Source: a virus
Reading direction: 5' to 3' (one strand)
IMG/VR virus record: IMGVR_UViG_3300009034_000015
Location: 1 to 64,000 of that record
DNA: 64,000 nucleotides
Shown: one piece after another, positions 35,323 to 44,166 of the stretch
Numbering within the stretch: the first letter of the stretch is position 1
Layout of the letters: each line of letters opens with the position of its first letter
The notes under the pieces: generated by a model
Database searches by the model: none
The model's input: only the letters and a program-made list of their open reading frames with translations
What the model was told of the DNA's origin: nothing
Translations under genes and position numbers: made by a program

Positions 35323-38223
35323 TTATACTGAGCTTAAAGACCTGGCAGTTACTTCTATCTCACCACTATCAAAGTAAAGTCTAAAACCTATTACTTCAAA
35401 TTTCTCTTCTGACCAATTTAATAAATCATCTGTCATATCTATTACATCACCTATTTCTAAACTAATTGCATTTAACCAAGTAGTAAACTTTATAATCCAA
35501 TATCTTTCTGTAAAATAATCTCTATAAGATTCAGCAATAAAGGTTATAGTAGAGCTATCAAATATATAATCACAATCTAATTTAAAAACTCTTGACCTTC
35601 CATACTTATTTGCTGAAGCTAAACAAGTTGCGTCGTTTTCAGGATTAAACTCATAAACTTTTGTAAATCTTTCTGTAGCATAATTTTTATAATAATTAAA
35701 CCTAAAAACATTTCTTATTTGTGACAAAGGAGTTAAAAATATTTTTAAAGTTTCATATTTATAATTATCTTTATCAAAGCTCATTAACGAACTTGCTGAA
35801 GCATTATATCTATTTACTTTTGTTCTACCTAAATAATCCTCAAATATTCTAAGAAAAGATTGTTTAGCTAATCTATCTAAAAATTTCCAAGAATATTCTA
35901 ATTTATATAATTGTCCTGCAAGCTCATATGCATCTGTTAATTCATCAATAGATTTATTTGCTATATCTTGATCTACTTGAAAAGTCAAACCAGTTTCTGG
36001 AGCACCAGAAAAAGTATCCTCAATTAAAATAGTTCCAGATATTAATTGTTGATTAATAATATGTTCTACCTTTTGGCTATTCTCATCATGAACATATAAA
36101 ATATTACCAGGCTTAATGTTATCAAAAGTAATAGCAGAAGATTTAAACTGTTTATAAAAATCAAAAGTTGTTCTTAAAATATTAGATAATCTTATTTCAT
36201 CTAACCAGCCATCAATATTTGCAGTCCCTAATCTTGAAGAACCAATCTTAGCATAAGTTAAACTCTTATCAGTTCTCCAAGGATAACCTAAATTACCACT
36301 TGTCCCTTTTAATACATTATCAATAAAAATCTCTAAATAATTTATTTGCCAATTAATTCTAAAATGATGCCAATCAGTTCCTAAACTTAAACCTGAAACA
36401 TCAATAATTAAATTTTGTGTTCTGGTATCAACATCGCCAGATTCCCTCGTAAATCTTTGAAATCTTAATTCATTAGCTGTCGTGGTTTTATCCATTGATA
36501 TATAAGAAAAAAATATTGTTGCAATTTCAATTCCTAATGCAATAAATAAATATTGGTTTGTATCTCCCCAAAAATCTGATGCTGCTTTAAACCAAAACTC
36601 GTAACAACCTTCATCACCAATATTTGAACTATTCCAAATATTATTTAAATCAGAACTTAAAATATCTATATAATCATTATTAACCCTAACAAATCTAAAA
36701 GCATTCTTTATAATACCAGTTTCTTCTCTCTCACATCCAACATTAGTTCCATGACATTGATTAGGAGTAGAATCAATAACATCTCCAGCACCAAAATCTA
36801 AATGCCAAAGAGCAATAGTGTTTATATCATAATCAAATTCCCAGGGTAAAGTTTGCCCATCTGTTCCATAATATAAATCTACTAAAGATAATTGATTTCT
36901 TAAAACCCCTTCTATTACTTGTAATTGTTTTTCTATTAATAAATTAGCAGTTCCAGTTATTAGGCCATTAGCATCATCAGGCTGCCCTTGAACTTGAATA
37001 TTAAAATCAATAGCAAATTTTGCCAAGTATCCATTTATTACCACCCATACTTCATAAATTCTTGCAGTTTCTAATCCAACTGGCCCAAGAATATATCCAC
37101 TAACATACCAGTCGTTCATATCTGCTGTTGCAGGAGTGCTTATAGATGTTGATTTTGTTATAAGGCCATCACCCTCAGAAAAAGCTAATGTTGCTCTAAC
37201 ATTATCATTAGAATCTGATAATACAATTAAGATTCCTATTGGAGCATTAGTGGCATGAGCCCTTGCATAAAAAAAAGCTGCATAAGGACCACTTTCAACT
37301 AAATCGCTCAAAAATGGAAGTTGAGAAAAATCAACATCTAAAAGATTATTAGTAGTAGTTAATTGAGCATAACTATTAAAATCTTTATCAAAGCTATTTT
37401 CAGGATTCCCTGCTGTATTACTTCCTCCAATCGCAGAAGGACGATGACCACAATGACCAATTAAACGATTTCCGAGTAACATGACATAAAAAGCACTTTC
37501 AGAAAATAATTCTGCCGTATATTCTTTTCTAATATAACTTACAAATTGAGGAATCCAATATAATCCATAATCAATAGATTTTATTTCGTGATCACAAATC
37601 TTAAAATAATTTTTTTGTTCAGTTAAATCAAATCCTCCCCACACAGCCTTTATCCCCAAAGTCCAATCATAACCATAAATAAAACCTTCTCTAAAATCCC
37701 CATAAACAGCAGTAGGGATTAAAGCGCTTAAATTATCTGTTGCTTTATCCCAAGTATCAATTGTATTCTCAGGTAAATCTTTATGCTTCTTAACAATAGC
37801 ATCATCAATATAAAAAGTAAATTCTTTTCTATTTAAATTATAATCCCTTATAACTCCTCGGAAAACAATTATAGAATTTTCATATTTTAAATCTACTTTA
37901 TCAAGCAATAATCTAACCTGCAAATATTTATTTTTAAAATTTCTATTTTCAGGATCAATTAAATAATCAGAAAACTTTTCTAAATTATTTATAATAATAG
38001 TTATATCAGCCATTTCAGCATAACCACAACCAAAACTTGCCTTTATTGATTGATCTAATGGAGCTATATCATCTATTAAATCTTCATAATAAGTTTGACC
38101 TATTATAATATTTCTTGCATTAGATAAATAAATACTCTCTTCTGGTATTTCTACTAAAACAAAAGGCTCAAAAGTTTTAATATCTTCAGTTAAATCTTGT
38201 ATTTTTTCTGGTAATAATTTCAT
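35323..38223 (-). CDS. Tail tip/hub protein with LamG-like lectin domain
   Basis: ALWHLD...FWFK...WHHF...GWLDEIRLSN LamG motif; SANKYG and LEIGDVI tail-hub C-terminus. Confidence 0.8.
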   Translation of the reverse strand: MKLLPEKIQDLTEDIKTFEPFVLVEIPEESIYLSNARNIIIGQTYYEDLIDDIAPLDQSIKASFGCGYAEMADITIIINNLEKFSDYLIDPENRNFKNKYLQVRLLLDKVDLKYENSIIVFRGVIRDYNLNRKEFTFYIDDAIVKKHKDLPENTIDTWDKATDNLSALIPTAVYGDFREGFIYGYDWTLGIKAVWGGFDLTEQKNYFKICDHEIKSIDYGLYWIPQFVSYIRKEYTAELFSESAFYVMLLGNRLIGHCGHRPSAIGGSNTAGNPENSFDKDFNSYAQLTTTNNLLDVDFSQLPFLSDLVESGPYAAFFYARAHATNAPIGILIVLSDSNDNVRATLAFSEGDGLITKSTSISTPATADMNDWYVSGYILGPVGLETARIYEVWVVINGYLAKFAIDFNIQVQGQPDDANGLITGTANLLIEKQLQVIEGVLRNQLSLVDLYYGTDGQTLPWEFDYDINTIALWHLDFGAGDVIDSTPNQCHGTNVGCEREETGIIKNAFRFVRVNNDYIDILSSDLNNIWNSSNIGDEGCYEFWFKAASDFWGDTNQYLFIALGIEIATIFFSYISMDKTTTANELRFQRFTRESGDVDTRTQNLIIDVSGLSLGTDWHHFRINWQINYLEIFIDNVLKGTSGNLGYPWRTDKSLTYAKIGSSRLGTANIDGWLDEIRLSNILRTTFDFYKQFKSSAITFDNIKPGNILYVHDENSQKVEHIINQQLISGTILIEDTFSGAPETGLTFQVDQDIANKSIDELTDAYELAGQLYKLEYSWKFLDRLAKQSFLRIFEDYLGRTKVNRYNASASSLMSFDKDNYKYETLKIFLTPLSQIRNVFRFNYYKNYATERFTKVYEFNPENDATCLASANKYGRSRVFKLDCDYIFDSSTITFIAESYRDYFTERYWIIKFTTWLNAISLEIGDVIDMTDDLLNWSEEKFEVIGFRLYFDSGEIEVTARSLSSV

Positions 38224-38864
38224 CTAATTTCTCTTAAAGTAATTGAATTTCCAAATACTTGTTCAAAATCATTTTCAATAGATAACTCTGCATTCATACA
38301 TTTAACAAGTTTACTCAAACCTACTGGATCTTGAAAATAAAAATTTTGATAACCTAATTCTACTACATTAGCAATAAAGGTTTTAAACTTTCTATGCTCA
38401 GCCCAAAGCATATTCTGGAACTCTATTGAATTAATATTAACTGGCTGAGCTAATTTAACCGATCTAATTTTACCTGATTGTGATTCAGAAACAATCTGTC
38501 TTGCACTAACCGAAGGAGTATATGGCCATTCAATAGAAGCATCAAGTTGAAACTGGCAACCATTTTTAATTTCAAAATTAAGAGCAGACTGGCTATCTTC
38601 TACTGGATTCCATAAAACAAATTCATTATCATTTAATAGTTCTTTAACTTTATGATAACCAAATCCCCAAAAAGTTTCATCAGTTAAAGCGAGTATATCA
38701 TCAGTAGTTACACCAGCAGCAATTAAACCTCCAGTAGCAGAATAAAAATAATCTTTAGATAACCCCACAATGCCACAACGCCCTACTACACCATCAGAAC
38801 CATCTATTCTTAAAACTGGCTCAACTTCTGTTCTAATATCTATTTGATAATAAGTTACATCCAT
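38220..38864 (-). CDS. Distal tail protein-like
   Basis: Directly after the tape measure gene; ends ITLREI. Confidence 0.6.
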   Translation of the reverse strand: MDVTYYQIDIRTEVEPVLRIDGSDGVVGRCGIVGLSKDYFYSATGGLIAAGVTTDDILALTDETFWGFGYHKVKELLNDNEFVLWNPVEDSQSALNFEIKNGCQFQLDASIEWPYTPSVSARQIVSESQSGKIRSVKLAQPVNINSIEFQNMLWAEHRKFKTFIANVVELGYQNFYFQDPVGLSKLVKCMNAELSIENDFEQVFGNSITLREIR

Positions 38865-41680
38865 TAATATCTACCTTTTGCTTCTTCTTCTTGCAAGATA
38901 GGTATGACATCATCTCTAATAACTTCTTTTACTCCTCTTGGATCAAGAGAATGAATAGTAAAATTAATTTGCCTTCCAGCCTTACCTATCCCTGAAACTC
39001 CCTTTCTAACCCCTTCTGCAATATCAGCAGGAACAACCATTTCTCCTTTATGAATACCAGCTAGCATATTTCTTGGAATTTCCCATGAGCCTTCCTGAAA
39101 AAAACCACCAAGTAAACCAGAAATAGCATCTTTAATTCCACTTGCAATTCCTTTAACTAAAGCAATTATAATTTCATCTAAATTAGATAAAATCCCTTTT
39201 ATTAAAGCCCAAACTATTTTAGGCATCCCAATAATAACAAATTTTACAACAGCAATAATTATAGAAGGAATAGATGCAATTACTTTTTGAATTATTAAAG
39301 GCAATAAATCAATAAACTTTTCTATAAGAAAAGCTATCATATCTGGCATTTCAATAAATATTAATTCTACAATAGCAGAAATTAATTCAGGCAATACCAT
39401 TATAAAACCTTCTAATAAAATTGGAATAGCCTCTACTATTGCCCACATAATAGTTGGAAGTTGTTCTATTAATGCTAAAACTAAAATAGGAATCTGCTCA
39501 GCTAACACAACTGCTAATTCTGGAATAAATTCTGCAAAAGCTTTAATTAAGATAGGTAAAGTTTCAACTACCTTTTCTACTAATACTGGAATCCATTCTA
39601 TAATTTGAGCCATTATTTCTGGCATTCTAGCTATAAAATTATCAATAGCTTTCATCATACCTTGAACCATAGCTTCAACTCCAGTTGGCTCTCTTTCTAT
39701 TACTCCTCCAGCACCAACTCTCATTGGAGCTTCACCTCCATCTTCCATGCCAGCTTCAAATAATTTTCTTACAAATCCCCAAGCACTCATAATACCTTTT
39801 TGTAATATTGGCCCAAGAGTTTCTCCAGCTTTACCAAATAATTTAATAACAGCTTGTCCATATTTTCCTAAAGAATCCCACACTTTTATCATTGCTCCTT
39901 TAAAGCCTTCCCAAATCTCTTTTAAATCTATCCCTATTTCTACAAAAGCTTTTTTAGCACTTCCAACAAATTTTCTCCATAATGGTTCTGATTTTTCTAA
40001 AGATTCTAAAAACCTAAAAAGAGTTTCTTCGCTCATTGCTTTTATTTCTTTTCCAGTTTGTTTTAAACCACTTGGCAAATCTATATTAAATCTTTTAGCT
40101 AATACCTCTAATTGTTTAATTAATTTCTCAACTGACTCCTCTCCTTTTAAACCCCACTTAGCAGTTAATATACCTAACCCTTCCATGCTTTCTTCTAACT
40201 CTCCTAAACTATATGAGTATTCAGCTAATTTATTAATCGTTCCTTCCATATCTTTTTCTGCACCTGGCATTATTCCAAAAAACTTTTTAACTGGATCTGG
40301 AATTTTATCTCCAACCTTACCTACTTTTTCAAGTCCTGTAAATAAAGCTCCAAAGAAATCTATAACAGCTTTACTAACTTTTATTATAGCCTGAGCAACA
40401 GCTATTAACATTGAAGGCAACTCAGCCATAAATTCCCCAAATTTACCAATTACTGGAATTACTAAAAGCATCGCCTTTGTTAAATTATTTTTAATTATTT
40501 TAGAATTTCTACTAACAGCATCAGCTAAATTATTAACAGAAGGTATTACTACACCTTCTAACATTTCTTTTATTATATTTCCAAAAAAGCTTTCTTTTAT
40601 AGAAATAAATAAACCTTCTAATGAAGATTTTAAAATTGTAAATTGACCAGCTAAAGTATTTAATTCAATTTCAGCTATTCTTTTAGAAGTTCCACCAGCA
40701 TTTTCCAACTGATTAGTAAATTCACTTAAATGTTCAGAGCCACGATCTACAATAGTTATCATACCTGTTGCTGCTCTTCCAAAAAAGTCAGTCATTTGAG
40801 CAGCAGAAAAATTAGCTTTTTCAAAATCTTTTACTATTTCTACAAAAGGACGCATATTTCCATCTGCCTCAAGAACAGTAATACCAAGTTTCTTAACCAT
40901 CCCTGTTACAGGATCGGCAGTCTCTAATAATTTTCTTAAAGCAAATCTTAATTGCGTTCCTCCCATCGATCCTTCAATTCCAGCGTCACCAAGAGTTCCT
41001 ATTATAGCAGCAGTTTCTTCAAGAGATAAACCTGCTGCCTTTGCTATTGGGCCAACATATTTTAATGATTCTCCTAAATCAGTCATTGTTACTTTAGCTG
41101 ATGTAAAGGTTTTAGATAAAATATCTGATACTTCTAAAGTCCTTGAAGCTTCAAGACCAAAACCTCTTAAAACACTTGCAACAATATTTGTTGCTGTCGC
41201 TAAATCAGTTTTACCTGCTGTTGCTGCTGCCAATAAACCAGGCATAGCATCCATAATTTCATTTACTTGAAAACCTGCCATAGCTAATCCAGTCATTGCT
41301 TCTGAAGCTTGTCTTGCCGACCATTCAGTATCTCTTCCTAATTTTAAAGCTAAGTTTCTTAACTGATCAAAATCTTTTCCTACTGCTCCAGAAATAGCTC
41401 CAACTCTTGCCATAGCTTGTTCAAATTGTGCTCCCATTTTTACAGAAGCATATCCAACAGCAGCAACTCCAGCTACCCCAGCAATAGCAAATCGCTTACC
41501 CCAACGATTAACAAAATTACCTAATCCTTGGAATCTTCTTGATATTCGCTGAGTAGTAGTATCCACTCGTTGAGCAAAATACCTAATCTGTTTATCTGCT
41601 TGTGTTAAACCCTTATTAAGCTGATCTATCTTTGCTTCGATATAAACAGCAAGAGTTCCTAATGAAGTGGTTTCAGCCAT
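38864..41680 (-). CDS. Tail tape measure protein (TP901 family)
   Basis: FEQAMARVGAISG, LKYVGP, GSMGGT.LR core; 11-residue LP/IP repeats; HKGEMVVP. Confidence 0.95.
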   Translation of the reverse strand: MAETTSLGTLAVYIEAKIDQLNKGLTQADKQIRYFAQRVDTTTQRISRRFQGLGNFVNRWGKRFAIAGVAGVAAVGYASVKMGAQFEQAMARVGAISGAVGKDFDQLRNLALKLGRDTEWSARQASEAMTGLAMAGFQVNEIMDAMPGLLAAATAGKTDLATATNIVASVLRGFGLEASRTLEVSDILSKTFTSAKVTMTDLGESLKYVGPIAKAAGLSLEETAAIIGTLGDAGIEGSMGGTQLRFALRKLLETADPVTGMVKKLGITVLEADGNMRPFVEIVKDFEKANFSAAQMTDFFGRAATGMITIVDRGSEHLSEFTNQLENAGGTSKRIAEIELNTLAGQFTILKSSLEGLFISIKESFFGNIIKEMLEGVVIPSVNNLADAVSRNSKIIKNNLTKAMLLVIPVIGKFGEFMAELPSMLIAVAQAIIKVSKAVIDFFGALFTGLEKVGKVGDKIPDPVKKFFGIMPGAEKDMEGTINKLAEYSYSLGELEESMEGLGILTAKWGLKGEESVEKLIKQLEVLAKRFNIDLPSGLKQTGKEIKAMSEETLFRFLESLEKSEPLWRKFVGSAKKAFVEIGIDLKEIWEGFKGAMIKVWDSLGKYGQAVIKLFGKAGETLGPILQKGIMSAWGFVRKLFEAGMEDGGEAPMRVGAGGVIEREPTGVEAMVQGMMKAIDNFIARMPEIMAQIIEWIPVLVEKVVETLPILIKAFAEFIPELAVVLAEQIPILVLALIEQLPTIMWAIVEAIPILLEGFIMVLPELISAIVELIFIEMPDMIAFLIEKFIDLLPLIIQKVIASIPSIIIAVVKFVIIGMPKIVWALIKGILSNLDEIIIALVKGIASGIKDAISGLLGGFFQEGSWEIPRNMLAGIHKGEMVVPADIAEGVRKGVSGIGKAGRQINFTIHSLDPRGVKEVIRDDVIPILQEEEAKGRY

Positions 41681-41908
41681 TTACTCCTCGTAAAAAGGTA
41701 ACTTAGATTTAGCTTGCTCTAAAGTTAAACTTCGTTCTCTTCCTTTTTTCCCTGACATAAACTTTGCAACTATTCCTTTTTTTGGATTCTTTTCAGGAAC
41801 AGATAATAAAGAAGATAAAAAACTAAAATTTGCTTGCCCTATAAACATAAACTGATCTAAAGTTAAATCAAGTATTTCATCTATCTTCCAGCCAGTAATA
41901 AAAAGCAT
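41681..41908 (-). CDS. Tail assembly chaperone, frameshifted (T) portion
   Basis: GWKIDEILDLTLDQF; its frame is the -1 frame of the upstream gene and is open back to the slippery site. Confidence 0.8.
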   Translation of the reverse strand: MLFITGWKIDEILDLTLDQFMFIGQANFSFLSSLLSVPEKNPKKGIVAKFMSGKKGRERSLTLEQAKSKLPFYEE

Positions 41909-41934
41909 CCCAAATACTGCTGCCAGATCAAGCT

Positions 41935-42435
41935 TTAATCCACCTTCAACTTTATTATCTTGCTTAGTGAATCGCTCGTTCTCCTGACCTGGCTTAATAA
42001 AAAAGGGATTGCCAATTCTAAGAGCGAAGAAAATTCAAGATTATCTAAAATCCAATCTTGCTTTTCTTTTAAAATAGTTTTCTTATAATCTTCCTTTTTA
42101 AAATCCTCATCTTTCAAAAAGAAAAAAGCAATCAATTCCGCCATTCGCTCGCTTGCTATTCTTGGAATAACACTAATAAATATTTCAATTAATTGATTAA
42201 TCGAAATACTTTTAAAATCAAGACCTTTAAATTCATTAACCTGAGAAACTAATCCAACGATCTCTTGAATCAAAGGTATTTGCTTGCGAAGCGAAGGTTT
42301 AGGAATGATTACTTTTTCACCCCTGATAGTAGTTACTTCTAACTCATCAGGCAAGATAATTTCAGTAATATCTTTTATCTCATTTAATTTCTTTTGAGTT
42401 TCAGTTAAACCCTTTTCTCGTGTGTTATCTTTCAT
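41935..42435 (-). CDS. Tail assembly chaperone (G)
   Basis: Between tail tube and tape measure genes; slippery site near its end. Confidence 0.8.
   Translation of the reverse strand: MKDNTREKGLTETQKKLNEIKDITEIILPDELEVTTIRGEKVIIPKPSLRKQIPLIQEIVGLVSQVNEFKGLDFKSISINQLIEIFISVIPRIASERMAELIAFFFLKDEDFKKEDYKKTILKEKQDWILDNLEFSSLLELAIPFLLSQVRRTSDSLSKIIKLKVD
41998..42007 (-). other. Programmed -1 ribosomal frameshift site C CCT TTT TTA
   Basis: X XXY YYZ heptamer in the correct phase; -1 frame joins 41681..41908. Confidence 0.8.
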
Positions 42436-42476
42436 AGGAGTCAACTCCTCTCTTTAAACAAAAGATTAACAATTAA

Positions 42477-43022
42477 TTAAGCCTTTTTCCTTACTATCTT
42501 AAAAAGCTGTTGCTGAGAAGCTAAAGCATCTCCGTTCCAATCTACCGTCTGCCTAACAGCATTAAAAGTATAAGGAAACTCATGTGGATCATCTCCGTGC
42601 TCAATAGCAACCTCACCTGAGCCCCTTGCTGCCCAAAAATAAGTTTCAACAGTATGCCCTACAGGTAATTCATGTCGAAACATAAGAGCAACATTAGAGA
42701 CATCCATATCTCCACCAAAACCAAGCGTAGCCTCAGTAGCATCTTCAGCAGTTACTCCAGCACCTAAAGCCCAGGCAAGATCTCGTAAACTCCATTGCAA
42801 ACCCCTAAAAGTAAGTGAAATCATTTCCTTTCTTGCAAAGCTCTTTATTAACGCTGCCGGAGTTCCTTGTTCTACATCTACAACTTCCCTTGTTATAGTT
42901 AAAGTAGAACCTGAACGAACTGCTCCTACTTCCACAGCAGGAGTGCTACCTACTGGCCCAAGAAAAATAACACCTGGCCCAAGAGATATATCATCAGTAT
43001 CATAAGTTGGCATATTAAACAT
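42477..43022 (-). CDS. Major tail (tube) protein
   Basis: ISLGPGVIFLG...VGA...; position, size, AGGAGGTG RBS. Confidence 0.8.
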   Translation of the reverse strand: MFNMPTYDTDDISLGPGVIFLGPVGSTPAVEVGAVRSGSTLTITREVVDVEQGTPAALIKSFARKEMISLTFRGLQWSLRDLAWALGAGVTAEDATEATLGFGGDMDVSNVALMFRHELPVGHTVETYFWAARGSGEVAIEHGDDPHEFPYTFNAVRQTVDWNGDALASQQQLFKIVRKKA

Positions 43023-43296
43023 CTTGTATCACCTCCTTTCCTTCTAAATATTTCTTATAATTAGAATCAATAAGTTCATTAATAGCACCGCATCTTCTGC
43101 ATATATTACTTACTCTACCACCTTCAATCCAAAGATATAAATCTTTATACTTAATTCTTATTACATTTTTATTTGGATCTGAATAGCCAAGAACGAACCC
43201 ACAAGTCTCACAAAGCCATTCCTTTACATTCTCTTTAAAAAGAGCAGGTATATTACTTTCGTGATCTAAATTCTCTTTATCAGTTTTACTACCCAT
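43015..43296 (-). CDS. Com-like Zn-ribbon protein
   Basis: CETCGFVLG...ICRRCGAIN. Confidence 0.6.
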   Translation of the reverse strand: MGSKTDKENLDHESNIPALFKENVKEWLCETCGFVLGYSDPNKNVIRIKYKDLYLWIEGGRVSNICRRCGAINELIDSNYKKYLEGKEVIQDV

Positions 43297-43667
43297 TTTC
43301 CTGCCTGATAATAAACCTTATCAATATCATCATATAATTGAACAGGTCTCATAGTTTCTTGCATAATGAACATTCTATCGGTATCTCGATAAAGCCACTT
43401 TTGTAAAAAATCAAATATTAAATCATAAATCGCAGAAGCCTCATTAGCACTTGCCCTTGAATAAGAATTTATAGAACAGGGTAAAACTTGAAATTTAGGA
43501 ATATCCTCATCTGCATAACCGCCAGTATCAAATTCTATATTAGCACAAGGATAAATAGGATTTTTAATAGAAACTAAATGACCAGGATAAAAATGATTGT
43601 AAATATAATTTGTAATAGCAGTCTCACCAATTATACTTTTTCTAATATCTTCGATCAATTTGTTCAT
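43266..43667 (-). CDS. Tail terminator / completion protein
   Basis: Position, size, FYP...YP pattern. Confidence 0.65.
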   Translation of the reverse strand: MNKLIEDIRKSIIGETAITNYIYNHFYPGHLVSIKNPIYPCANIEFDTGGYADEDIPKFQVLPCSINSYSRASANEASAIYDLIFDFLQKWLYRDTDRMFIMQETMRPVQLYDDIDKVYYQAGKWVVKLIKRI

Positions 43668-44161
43668 TTAAACATAATCCCCGCACGGGTTCTATGGCGA
43701 CCCATAGTTTGAATTATTTCTTTTTTAATTTCTTTTCTTTTATTTTCAAGCGAACCTTTTAGGAAATCTCTTTTAATCATTAAAGGAGTTCCTAATAAAA
43801 CATAAATAGCCCATGCACAAATTCTTTCATCTATCCAAGCTTTATGTTCACTTTTAGTTTCAAAATGAAAGTCTTCACTTCTTTGAGCACTTTTTAAAAC
43901 TCCTGATTGAGAATGAACTGCCCAATAAGGAGAATGCAATGATTTACCTTTTGGCCCATGTCTTTTAGCGTAAGGATGATCTAATCTTCTTAAATCAGCA
44001 AGAGAATGATCAGTTAAAGAAATATTTTTAGTTACTTCTTTATCTAAAATTTTACCTGCCTTTTCAATCGCCACCTTTCTACCTTTATCAAATACTTTTT
44101 GTGTAGTATTAAGATTCCCCAATACTACATTTAAACCTCTTACTCCTGTTTTAATTGCCAT
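43664..44161 (-). CDS. Neck/tail-completion protein (HK97 gp10-like)
   Basis: SGVLKS, YVLLGT..M..RDFL. Confidence 0.7.
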   Translation of the reverse strand: MAIKTGVRGLNVVLGNLNTTQKVFDKGRKVAIEKAGKILDKEVTKNISLTDHSLADLRRLDHPYAKRHGPKGKSLHSPYWAVHSQSGVLKSAQRSEDFHFETKSEHKAWIDERICAWAIYVLLGTPLMIKRDFLKGSLENKRKEIKKEIIQTMGRHRTRAGIMFK

Positions 44162-44166
44162 TTTAT

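Noticed and set aside
39747-40394. 215-aa plus-strand ORF and the other plus-strand ORFs in the track
   Set aside because: They are antisense shadows of well-supported minus-strand genes, with no RBS or motifs
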